This document shows, one piece after another, positions 34,901-50,300 of a stretch of DNA of 64,000 nucleotides. This stretch comes from Macrostomum hystrix (lineage: Eukaryota > Animalia > Platyhelminthes): contig CATNEN010000007.1 of NCBI GenBank assembly GCA_950097015.1, positions 1,426,001 to 1,490,000 on the forward strand. Reading direction: 5' to 3'. Position numbers and translations under genes: made by a program. Position 1 is the stretch's first letter, and every line of letters begins with the position of its first letter. Under the pieces are notes generated by a model. That model saw only the letters and a list, made by a program, of their open reading frames with translations. It had not been told where the DNA came from and did not search any database.

Positions 34901-37900
34901 TTCGCCATGGCCTGGATCAGTTTCGGCCTGATTCTGATCTCCATGTTCACAGCTGGGGTCACCACCGCACTGAGCCAGGGAGCTCAGGATGAAGAGGACA
35001 GCCGATTCTTCCAGACTAATGTGAGCTGAGATTCAGGTGTGATGTAGGTGAGATTCAGGAGTGATGTAGGTGAGATTCAGGAGTGATGTAGGTGAGATTC
35101 AGGAGTGATGTAGGTGAGATTCAGGAGTGATGTAGGTGAGATTCAGGAGTGATGTAGGTGAGATTCAGGAGTGATGTAGGTGAGATTCAGGAGTGATGTA
35201 GGTGAGATTCAGGAGTGATGTAGGTGAGATTCGAATGGGATTTAGGTGAGATTCAAATGGGATTTAGGTGAGATTCGAATGGGATTTAGGTGAGATTCAA
35301 ATGGGATTTAGGTGAGATTCGAATGGGATTTAGGTGAGATTCGAGTAGGATTTAGCTGAGATTCAAATGGGATTTAGGTGAGATTCGAGTAGGATTTAGC
35401 TGAGATTCAAATGGGATTTAGGTGAAATTCAAATGGGATTTAGGTGAGATTCGAATGGGATTTAGGTGAGATTCAAATGGGATTTAGGTGAGATTCGAGT
35501 AGGATTTAGCTGAGATTCAAATGGGATTTAGGTGAGATTCGAATGGGATTTAGGTGAGATTCGAATGGGATTTAGGTGAGATTCGAATGGGATTTAGGTG
35601 AGATTCAAATGGGATTTAGGTGAGATTCGAGTAGGATTTAGCTGAGATTCAAATGGGATTTAGGTGAGATTCGAGTAGGATTTAGCTGAGATTCAAATGG
35701 GATTTAGGTGAGATTCGAATGGGATTTAGGTGAGATTCAAATGGGATTTAGGTGAGATTCGAATGGGATTTAGGTGAGATTCGAATGGGATTTAGGTGAG
35801 ATTCGATTAGGTGTGGCTCGTAAAATCTGTTTTAAAACAGTAAAAAATGTTGCTTTGAACCCATAAAATCCGTTTGCGTAAATTAGAAATTTTCGAACCT
35901 TTTTTGAAACGGTCGACAATAAAAGCTGCAGTGAGTGGCAAATAGTCACTGTGAATAGAGGCTGCAACTACTGTACCAACCGAATCTGGATGGCAACACA
36001 ACAAACTGTTAAAATGCTTTGAGGGACAGCCTTAGCCTGCATTTTTGGGATTATGTTTATACTTTCCCCTCTTTCCCCGTCTTCCACCCTCTCCGTCTTT
36101 TCAACCTCGGTTTCGCTCACAAATTCACTGCAGCACACGGAAGTTTTTGATCGACAACAGAAGAAAGAAAAAACTTTTTTTTCAGTATTTTCCTTGCCGT
36201 CTCTCTCACGTTTATCTCTCTTACCTTTTCACCGACCGCCAGATGACGATGGTGACGCTGTCCCTCCATTTGTCGGCGGGCATTAATGTGCCAATTCCAT
36301 CAGTGTCTGGTCTCTGTGCGCGCGTCACGCCACCCCTCCTCTTGTCTCTCTCTCTCTATTTAAGAGTGGCGTTATATTTTCTAGCTTCCAGTTTCGTCAG
36401 ACCATGCAGCTGTTGCATTTAGGTTTTCCATTTCTTTTTCTTTTTTTTTCTCTCAAAGAAACCCATAAAAAAGTTGACTTTGCTTTTCTGTTTGGCCACT
36501 CGCAGTAAATGTGCTACCATGCGAAAGTAACGTGCACTTCTCCTTCTTTAACGTCTATACAAAGAACTCTATACAATAGCCGATATTCACTAACTGCATC
36601 AATCAATCGGTATCTATGCGGCTTCCGCACTTCATTTTTCAGATTTTTGCGTCTGGGTCGAAAATATAAAGCCAGATTTGTCTTCAGATAAAATTTCTTT
36701 GGATTAGCTTAGCCATGGACTTCTATAGCTAGCACCTAGAATATGCTAGCTATAGTAGTACATGGCTTAGGTCTTTCACTTTTATTGTTCAAGCAAAATC
36801 ACTTGGGCATCCTTAAGAAATGCCCCTCGCATTTTTTCGTTTTGCGTCCTTCGTGTTTTAATCTAGGGACAGGGTTCAGTAGTTTACTTAAAATGGTTCG
36901 CCTGATGCCAAAGCAGATACGGGCCAAGAAATAACTGGAGACACTTCAGGACAAGAAGAACTCACAGAAAGGCTAGGACACTGAAGCCACTTGACAATGG
37001 ATGTCAAGCTAAGGTTTACAGGAAGGACGTTGTAGACAATGGCTGGCTGTAGAAATTGTCAGTAACTCATGCCACGGAGGACAGACTCCGCGCTACCTTA
37101 AGATCAAACTCTGTGAAGACTGCCTCTAGAACTTTCCAGAAAATACCTTTGTCAACGAGAGAAGATATTGCAAATGGACCATTTCAAACCCACGTAGCAA
37201 ATATGTCTATGGTACAAACAGATTTACTTAACATCGCTTCCTAGGGGTTGTAGCCTAGTGGTTGTGGGGTGCGTAGGACTTACGTCTTAAAGGTCAGGGT
37301 TCGATTCCCCCCGACCTAGCCCTCCCTAGGGGAGGGAGGCTACTAGGGGAGGGAGGGCTACTAGGGGAGGGAGGGCTACTAGGGGAGGGAGGGCTACTCG
37401 GGGAGGGAGGGCTACTAGGGGAGGGAGGGCTACTCGGGGAGGGAGGGCTACTCGGGGAGGGAGGGCTACTAGGGGAGGGAGGGCTACTAGGGGAGGGAGG
37501 GCTACTAGGGGAGGGAGGGCTACTAGGGGAGGGAGGGCTACTAGGGGAGGGAGGGCTACTCGGGGAGGGAGGGCTACTAGGGGAGGGAGGGCTACTAGGG
37601 GAGGGAGGGCTACTAGGGGAGGGAGGGCTACTAGGGGAGGGAGGGCTACTCGGGGAGGGAGGGCTACTAGGGGAGGGAGGGCTACTCGGGGAGGGAGGGC
37701 TACTAGGGGAGGGAGGGCTACTAGGGGAGGGAGGGCTACCAGGGGAGGGAGGGAGAGTGAGGAAGCATGTTGCCCAGTGGTTTGAGGTCAGAGAATCAAC
37801 TGTCAGCCCTAAGAAGGCAATTAGTATATTTGAATGCATAATTTTTTTTCTGATTGGCTATTATTTTCAGATCACGGTGATTAACGGATCGTTTGAACAA

Positions 37901-39875
37901 ATATTCGTTTACGAACTGGGCTCGACACCGATTCGTAAGGGAAATTGTTTTCTTCGATAGTACTTAGCTCGTGTTTGACATTGCTCTATAGAATTTCTCC
38001 CCCATTAGTGATAAACGATTGGCAGAGCCTTCTGCAGTCTAATGTCACTGACAACGAGGAGTCAGAGGCCAGGCACCACGGTGCACTCATCGAGCACTAC
38101 ATGTACCTGCACCTGCGCCAGGAGCATCAAGGCCGAATGAGCCGCATCAAGCCTCAGTACGTGCTCAAACGGCCGTCACTGCGGGGCGTGTACTCTAACC
38201 TGGGCGGCACGATTAACCGCTGCCTGGCTGGCGCAATGCTCAGTAAACAAATCAGCATTTACGGGAGCATTGTCGGACACAAGCACGTTGGAGAACAGGT
38301 GAAGCTGGGGCGCCGACTGAAGTAAATGGCTGTATGCGTGGGGCTGGATTCGACAAGGAGTGAGGTGGGTTTATAAAGTGAGGCCGAATTGGGGCAGGGA
38401 GTGAGGTGGGCGGATGACTAGGGGCTGATTGCGGCAGTGAGGTAGGTGAATAACCAGGCGTTGATTGGGGCAGGGAGTGAGGTGGGCGGATGACTAGGGG
38501 CTGATTGCGGCAGTGAGGTAGGTGAATAACCAGGCGTTGATTGGGGCAGGGAGTGAGGTGGGCGGATGACTAGACGCTGATTGGGGCAAGGAGTGAGGTG
38601 GGCGGATGACTAGGGGCTGATTGCGGCAGGCAGTGAGGTAGGTGAATAACCAGGCGTTGATTGGGGCAGGGAGTGAGGTGGGCGGATGACTAGACGCTGA
38701 TTGGGGCAAGGAGTGAGGTGGGCGGATGACTAGGGGCTGATTGCGGCAGGCAGTGAGGTAGGTGAATAACCAGGCGTTGATTGGGGCAGGGAGTGAGGTG
38801 GGCGGATGACTAGACGCTGATTGGGGCAAGGAGTGAGGTGGGCGGATGACTAGGGGCTGATTGCGGCAGGGAGTGAGGTAGGTGAATAACTAGGCGCAGA
38901 TTGTGGCAGGGAATGAGGAGGGCGGAACGGCGAATGACATTTGTGACGCTCGCTGGCATCATTGCAGGCAGCGCAGAGCCCGGAGGTGGCGGAGGAGGTG
39001 GCGCAGAGCCTGTTTTCAACAAGCAACGCCGCACTCGGAGTCGTGGCCGGAGTGTTTGTGGCTATCTTTATTAGCCTGGTGATCTGGGAGAAGCTCTACT
39101 GGAAGCCTAGAAATCCCAACTATAAATGTGAGTAATAATTGCTAGCATTTCCTTGAATTTATTGAATTCGAACTTTTCTTTGGAAAAAACCGAAAAAGGA
39201 AAAGAATTAGATAAAGATAATTCCGGGTGTCTGGTCTGTGGGGTGTCTGGTCTGTGGGGTGTCTGGTCTGTGGGGTGTCTGGTCTGTGGGGTGTCTGGTC
39301 TGTGGGGTGTCTGGCTGTGGGGTGTCTAGTCTGTGGGGTGTCTGGTCTGTGGGGTGTCTAGTCTGTGGGGTGTCTGGTCTGTGGGGTGTCTAGTCTGTGG
39401 GGTGTCTGGTCTGTGGGGTGTCTGGTCTGTGGGGTGTCTAGTCTGTGGGGTGTCTGGTCTGTGGGGTGTCTAGTCTGTGGGGTGTCTGGTCTGAGGTCAT
39501 CTCAGGTGCAAGCCGGCCCAAATCCCCTCCTTAGTTGTCGAGCACAACTGGAAATACGACCGGCAGAAGAAGGAGGCGGAGCTGGGCCGTCAGCTGGACC
39601 TGAAGTCCTACCATAGACAGCTAAGCTCCAGGCGCAGCGCCTGCAGCGCGGCCACCACGCCAACCGCCGGACCGTCGGGCATCTCGCGGCCTGTCACGAT
39701 CGAGTCGCTGCACGGGGTCACGCTGGAAGGCGACTCGGCCGCCTCGGAGAACAATGGCTCGGCTGGCGTCGACAACCGTCGGCTCTGGTGCCAGCAGCCC
39801 GCGGAGCGGCTGAACGAGGAGGACGCCGCCGAAGATGCAGCCGCCGAGGCGGCCACGCCAATGTCCAGCGTTTAA
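28998..39875 (+). CDS. Ligand-gated channel of iGluR topology with K+ selectivity filter (GluR0/AvGluR1-like), 8 coding exons, ~514 aa
   Basis: Exons 28998-29295, 32905-33041, 34223-34317, 34861-35020, 37871-37934, 38009-38298, 38968-39127, 39535-39875; all GT-AG and phase-compatible, 1545 nt. S1 ending FIPIISSPG, M1 WPLLLIIIV.., pore WWWAFITMTTVGYGD, M3, S2 (VINGS..), M4 ALGVVAGVFVAIFISLVIW. Confidence 0.88.
29273..30795 (+). repeat. 37-bp minisatellite made of the last 22 nt of exon 1 plus its GTGAG donor, ~41 copies
   Basis: Unit ATCCCCATAATCAGTTCTCCAG|GTGAGAGACTGAATG; CTCCAGGTGA at 29401 and 29438. Confidence 0.95.
31050..31390. repeat. 21-bp pyrimidine-rich repeat CTCACCCTCTCCCATTCTCCC, ~16 copies
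   Basis: Direct periodicity. Confidence 0.9.
33412..34070. repeat. 16-bp minisatellite GGGGATGTGAGACA(T/C)T, ~41 copies
   Basis: GGGGATGTGA at 33421 and 33437. Confidence 0.97.
35025..35812. repeat. 22-bp minisatellite with two unit types (GTGAGATTCAGGAGTGATGTAG, then GTGAGATTCGAATGGGATTTAG), ~36 copies
   Basis: Begins at the exon 4 donor; unit type switches near 35230. Confidence 0.95.
37244..37315 (+). mobile_element. SINE family 1, tRNA-like head only
   Basis: GGGGTTGTAGCCTAGTGG A box and GGTTCGATTCC B box (37298-37308). Confidence 0.75.
37320..37755. repeat. 18-bp G-rich minisatellite CTACTAGGGGAGGGAGGG, ~24 copies
   Basis: Direct periodicity. Confidence 0.97.
38380..38925. repeat. 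Composite G-rich minisatellite with GAGTGAGGTGGG core and higher-order duplication
   Basis: Alternating subunits; a ~120-bp block recurs (38580-38820). Confidence 0.9.
39225..39492. repeat. 16-bp minisatellite GTCTGGTCTGTGGGGT, ~17 copies
   Basis: Direct periodicity. Confidence 0.95.
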
Positions 39876-40528
39876 ACAAAATTGACCAATCTAGCTAGAC
39901 TATTTCTAAAAAATCCTTGAAACCAAATCAATTAATTTGTTACCTGATTCCGCACTTTCACTGTTGTATGTAGCAGTTTCATATCATCTTGTGAATTGGT
40001 TCGTGCTCACCAAGAAATAAAAGTACATTTTCACGCTCCGACTTCAACTGAAACTAGCTTTGAACTTCGACTGACTGACTGATTTATAGTCTGTAGCTCG
40101 TACATAGCTCGTTTGAGATACAGGTGTATTAACTATATATGTATGTATATTTGATATGAAAAAAAATTTCTCTGGAAATCAGAGCAGAAAATGTACCTAA
40201 TCCTAATTTGGAAGATTTTTAGCGTTAGGGAAGCATTTGCATCTATCGAAAGAAATGAAAAAGAAACCTTTGTATTATTGCAATCATAAGTAGAAAATTA
40301 TACAACATATCACTACACAAAGAGCTAGTCTTTACAAGTTTATAAAGAAACGAAGTTAGCATATTCAGATAGCTTTTCTTTGAACCATTTTTGCAGTATT
40401 TTCAATATAGTTTAATAAATTAAATCGCAAATGTCTGCATGCCTACTGTTAGCTAGCGAGTTAGTAGTGTGATTCGTGTGCTAAATTGTTGCTTAATCGA
40501 CTTGACTATGATTTAGCAGGTTTTTTAG

Positions 40529-43837
<3,309 letters not shown>

Positions 43838-44351
43838 TTCTAGATGTTTTTAACAAGACTAAGTTATAAATAAGGTACGCAACCTATGCTCCAGTTTTTT
43901 CTATTGTTAGGCCTAAGTTACAAGTATAAAGATAAAAGTCACAGTGAAACGAAGTCAAAAAGCCACGCTGGTGATTGTTTTACAACAACTTCTTAAAATC
44001 ATGTAACTCGGCATAGGAAAGTGTGTCATTGTCATTTCTGTGTCTAACGAACAATTTTTTATTTAACTTGTCAGCAAGAATTCTCACGTCTTCCATTTCT
44101 TTTTGTTTTACTTCTCTACGATAATTATTTGTACCGATTTGAAGAAAACTCGTTGTTTTGAAAATAACAGCTTAAGGAGGTCACACATTCATGTACTCAT
44201 TTTGCTGCCACAATCAGTTTTTTTTCCTATCTTTCTGTTTAGAAGGCCACTCTGGTAAGTAGCCACCAGTATTTCTGATTCTGATGAAGCAACTTTATCA
44301 TTTAGTTGCTAAAGAATTGAAAACATATTTCAGACTATTAAATCAGTGCAA
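43838..44351. promoter_or_regulatory. Putative bidirectional promoter / 5' UTR region between divergent CaMKIV and aGPCR
   Basis: The two ATGs are 514 bp apart and point away from each other; no TSS evidence available. Confidence 0.5.
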
Positions 44352-47300
44352 ATGCCTTCAGTTTCAAAACGAAAGTTCGATCTACTTTGTCTGTTGTTTT
44401 TCATAACGTTCTGGCTGGCCTCTGTGGCCAGCCAAATTACTAGTCCGATTAGCGAACAGCAGTGCATTGGTCAGTCGTGCAGCATGAGAATCGAGAGCGG
44501 ACAATATTTTGTTCCGAAATGCGAAAACTTAAAAGCTTGGCATCCAAAAGTGCGGATGGTTCTGGTTTCCGAGGTGACATTCGAGCCTAACATGGACACC
44601 GAGGTGGACGAAGACGACATAATTGAAACCATTGACTCCAGAGGACAGTTGAACTGCACTATAACAGGAGAGGCTTTCACCAAACAGATTGTTAATAAGT
44701 TAGTACATGCGACTTTTTAAATCGCCATAAAATTCATTTTCATTTTTTCATGCTTTCCATGTTTTTCATTCACGGGCTTGAGTTTGTTTTAAATCAGAGT
44801 TCTTTACTTTTGGGATTTTTAACTTATTCAAAGTCCACCTCCCACTCTTGAGAACAGCTCAAACTGCTTTGAACCGGTTGGCAATGACTCCCAGCCATGT
44901 ACAATTACGAATCCGGACTCCATCAAAGGTGTTGTGGCCACTGACTGTCTAATTAAAGCTAGAGTTATCATAGGACATTACAGATGCGGTGAGAAATGCT
45001 ATTTTGAACTCTGATTGAGTGGTGACTGTCGGAGGGTCAGAGCGTGATTTAAAAAATTACTTAATAAGTACAAAACTTCTCAAAATTTAGAACTTTTGCC
45101 TTGGCCAACGTCGTCGCCGAGATTTGCACAAACAACTGACTCAGCCTTTGCAAACGAAGTTCCTTCTAGCGGTGAGTGCGGCTAATGATTGGCTTGCTGC
45201 CAATCGGATTAAAGCTGATTGGCTGATTGCTGATTGGCTGATTGCTGATTGGCTGATTGCTGATTGGTTGATTGCTGATTGGTTGATTTCTGATTGGCTG
45301 ATTGCCTGATTGGTTAATTAATTTATTACTGACCTCGGATGGTTGACCAACAGACCGAATCGATTGATTAGATCGTTACAAATTATGTTCTACTTCTAAC
45401 AAATATTTGACTCTAATAAGGCGATACGAGCGTATCACAGCGAGATCGGATATCAGTGCTTAGGCGTGCTGGCTGCATAGCAACACGCTCAAATGAACAC
45501 GCATAGCGTGCCATCATTCTCTCCATTACACTAGAAAATAATGTCTTTATTTACGAGGTGTTTCACAAGCAGTTACTTTCACCCCACTCTACTCTACGCT
45601 GTGAAATAAATTTATTCGGCTTGACTTAATCATCACACGGCCATGTCATGGCTAGAGCACAACGCGCACTGCAACACAAGCCAATGACTCAGAGGAATGC
45701 GCGGTGCCATTCGCCTGAGCGCATCTCATTAATAATTTATTGGGTGCCTCGTATTTAGCTGAGCAGTGGGGGCAGTTGAGGGCGGGCCTTGCTGAGCCTT
45801 GGTCTGGCAGCATGACTGTCACCTTCCCATTCTGCCTGTGTCTCCTGCTATCAGCGGCTCCTAGGGTGATGTCTGTCATCCTGGAGAGGCCGTCAGACAT
45901 AATGTGCTCGCCGAGCGTCTCCTATGCAGCCGAGTTGCTGACCGCAGCAGCGAATGGCACCGTCAGAGACTCGCTGACTGCGTCGATCAGCTTGTGCCAG
46001 GACCAGCCAGACTGCAGGCAGACGTCCGTTGCCTCCGTTGAACTGCTGCTGACTAGGAGCTGCTCAGCTGAGTTTGCTGAGTCTCCGGCCGAGACCTACT
46101 CCGACTGCCAGACGGTGATGATCAGTCGCGCGGTTCGGGAGCTGTTCAGCTGCGCCAGCGTCTGTCCAAGCGGTGGCAGCGGCCTGCCGCTGTGCGAATT
46201 CCTGCTCAAACAGGAGTACAGGCACCCACACGATGGCAGCACCGTCACTCTGAGCTACCAGGCGGACAAGCTCACCCTGGCGCCCTACCCGACGGTGCTC
46301 GGCGTCAGCGAGAGTGTCGGCCGGATGGTGGACTTTCCGTTTCGCCTCCTGCTGGTGCAGAGCGTCGACGGTGACAGAATCGAGAGGCGCTGCCCCGCCT
46401 GCGTGCGCTTCGCCGGCCTTCTGGTCGATGGTGGCGGCGGCGGCGGTGGTGGCGGCGGCGGGGAGACTTCAACGGCTTCGTCGACTTCGGCGACTGCGAC
46501 AACGGAGCCCAAAATCTCCGTCCAAACTAGCGGTTAGATGCTGCATAAGGGATTTCAAGCCAAATCATTCACTAAAGTCCTGTGAGAGTGTACACTGCCT
46601 AATCAGTACACTCTCAATGCACTATGAGAGTGTACACTGCCTAATCCGTACACTCTCAAGGCACTATGAGAGTGTACACTGCCTAATCCGTACACTCTCA
46701 AGGCACTATGAGAGTGTACACTGCCTAATCCGTACACTCTCAATGCACTATGAGAGTGTACACTGCCTAATCCGTACACTCTCAATGCACTATGAGATTG
46801 TACACTGCCTAATCAGTACAATCTCAATGCACTATGAGATTGTACACTGCCTAATCCGTACACTCTCAATGCACTATGAGATTTTACACTGCCTAATCAG
46901 TACAATCTCAAGGCACCGTGAGAGTGTACACTGCCTAATCCGTACACTCTCAATGCACTATGAGAGTGTACACTGCCTAATCCGTACACTCTCAATGCAC
47001 CATGAGAGTGTACACTGCCTAATCAGTACAATCTCAAGGCACCGTGAGAGTGTACACTGCCTAATCCGTACGCTGTGAGAGTGTACACTTCCTGACAGTA
47101 TAAGCTATGATTTCTGCAGGCAACCAGTATTTTTTAGTATTCTTCCTTCGTCAGTGGCCGAGTGACTGTTCGTTTTAGACAAAAAGTACTTTTTCCAGCT
47201 AAATCTTGATACGCAAAGAAATCCCAACCTCCGCTTCCACCCAACTCCTGAAATGGACTTCCCATAGTCAATTGGCATCCGACTTCCGTGAGGTGAGGTG

Positions 47301-50300
47301 GCCACACAAAGTATGGAGAGATAAGGCAGTCAGTGCCCCAGTCAATATCAGCATTCGCTGAAGACTTCGAAAAATAGTTGAATCTGCACAGTTGGCGGTC
47401 AGGAATAGCCGAATAACAACATTTTAGGTTTATCCATTATTGTTATCTATCGGTAGTCTGCTGTCCTTGTTTAAGGCACTTCAATTGGGATGGAATAAAC
47501 AGAAATAAGCTTAATTTGCACTTTTTAGCATTGAAGTCTTGTCTGGGGAAATCTGTTCAAATATTTTTTTGCTAATATAGTACGGTCTGTTAGACACCTT
47601 GTGGATGATTTATGGCGTTTAGTTCCTCTAATTATATCTAATCAGAATTAGTCTAACACATTACAATATCATGTTCCACTTCTTTCAGAAGCACCCGCGA
47701 TGGAAGATAATTGTAGCGACATGGCAGCCAATGGTACAAAATACTATCTGGACTGGCAGAACAAGTGCCAGCTGTTTCCAAGTGAATTGGGCCAGTTCAA
47801 CTTCTCTGTGAGTGTACAGCTAATAATGATGGCTTTTCTGATTTTGCAATCACCACAACATAGTATCATATTATTATTACCCCTACAGTCATAATATCAA
47901 TGAGTCTAACCAACTCACTCTGTCACAAATCACTCATTCAGTCATAAATCACTCATTCAGTCATAAATCACTCATTCAGTCATAAATCACTCATCAGTCA
48001 TAAATCACTCATCAGTCATAAATCACTCATTCAGTCATAAATCACTCATCAGTCATAAATCACTCATTCAGTCATAAATCACTCATCAGTCATAAATCAC
48101 TCATTCAGTCATAAATCACTCATTCAGTCATAAATCACTCATTCAGTCATAAATCACTCATCAGTCATAAATCACTCATCAGTCATAAATCACTCATTCA
48201 GTCATAAATCACTCATCAGTCATAAATCACTCATTCAGTCATAAATCACTCATTCAGTCATAAATCACTCATTCAGTCATAAATCACTCATTCAGTCATA
48301 AATCACTCATTCAGTCATAAATCACTCATTCAGTCATAAATCACTCATCAGTCATAAATCACTCATTCAGTCATAAATCACTCATTCAGTCATAAATCAC
48401 TCATTCAGTCATAAATCACTCATTCAGTCATAAATCACTCATTCAGTCATAAATCACTCATCAGTCATAAATCACTCATTCTGTCATAAATCACTCATTC
48501 AGTCATAAATCACTCATCAGTCATAAATCACTCATTCAGTCATAAATCACTCATTCAGTCATAAATCACTCATCAGTCATAAATTACTCATCAGTCATAA
48601 ATCACTCATTCAGTCATAAATCACTCATCAGTCATAAATCACTCATTCAGTCATAAATCACTCATTCAGTCATAAATCACTCATTCAGTCATAAATCACT
48701 CATTCAGTCATAAATCACTCATCAGTCATAAATCACTCATCAGTCATAAATCACTCATTCAGTCATAAATCACTCATCAGTCATAAATCACTCATTCAGT
48801 CATAAATCACTCATCAGTCATAAATCACTCATTCAGTCATAAATCACTCATTCAGTCATAAATCACTCATTCAGTCATAAATCACTCATCAGTCATAAAT
48901 CACTCATCAGTCATAAATCACTCATTCAGTCATAAATCACTCATCAGTCATAAATCACTCATTCAGTCATAAATCACTCATTCTGTCATAAATCACTCAT
49001 TCAGTCATAAATCACTCATCAGTCATAAATCACTCATTCAGTCATAAATCACTCATTCAGTCATAAATCACTCATCAGTCATAAATCACTCATCAGTCAT
49101 AAATCACTCATTCAGTCATAAATCACTCATCAGTCATAAATCACTCATTCAGTCATAAATCACTCATTCAGTCATAAATCACTCATTCAGTCATAAATCA
49201 CTCATTCAGTCATAAATCACTCATCAGTCATAAATCACTCATCAGTCATAAATCACTCATTCAGTCATAAATCACTCATCAGTCAAAAATCACTCATTCA
49301 GTCATAAATCACTCATCAGTCATAAATCACTCATTCAGTCATAAATCACTCATTCAGTCATAAATCACTCATTCAGTCATAAATCACTCATCAGTCATAA
49401 ATCACTCATCAGTCATAAATCACTCATCAGTCATAAATCACTCATCAGTCATAAATCACTCATTCAGTCATAAATCACTCATTCAGTCATAAATCACTCA
49501 TTCAGTCATAAATCACTCATTCAGTCATAAATCACTCATTCAGTCATAAATCACTCATTCAGTCATAAATCACTCATCAGTCATAAATCACTCATTCAGT
49601 CATAAATCACTCATTCAGTCATAAATCACTCATTCAGTCATAAATCACTCATTCAGTCATAAATCACTCATTCAGTCATAAATCACTCATCAGTCATAAA
49701 TCACTCATTCTGTCATAAATCACTCATTCAGTCATAAATCACTCATCAGTCATAAATCACTCATTCAGTCATAAATCACTCATTCAGTCATAAATCACTC
49801 ATTCAGTCATAAATCACTCATTCAGTCATAATTCACTCATTCAGTCATAAATCACTCATTCAGTCATAAATCACTCATTCAGTCATAAATCACTCATTCA
49901 GTCATAAATCACTCATTCAGTCATAAATCACTCATCAGTCATAAATCCCTCATTCAGTCATAAATCACTCATTCAGTCATAAATCACTCATCAGTCATAA
50001 ATCACTCATTCAGTCATAAATCACTCATTCAGTCATAAATCACTCATCAGTCATAAATCACTCATTCAGTCATAAATCACTCATTCAGTCATAAATCACT
50101 CATTCAGTCATAAATCACTCATTCAGTCATAAATCACTCATCAGTCATAAATCACTCATTCAGTCATAAATCACTCATTCAGTCATAAATCACTCATTCA
50201 GTCATAAATCACTCATTCAGTCATAATTCACTCATTCAGTCATAAATCACTCATCAGTCATAAATCACTCATTCAGTCATAAATCACTCATTCAGTCATA

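Noticed and set aside
33374-37839. SHPQCLT and PSSPPS repeat ORFs
   Set aside because: Intronic 16- and 18-bp arrays, antisense to the channel gene
47105-47440. Open frames antisense within aGPCR intron 4
   Set aside because: No domain recognised and no consistent splice sites
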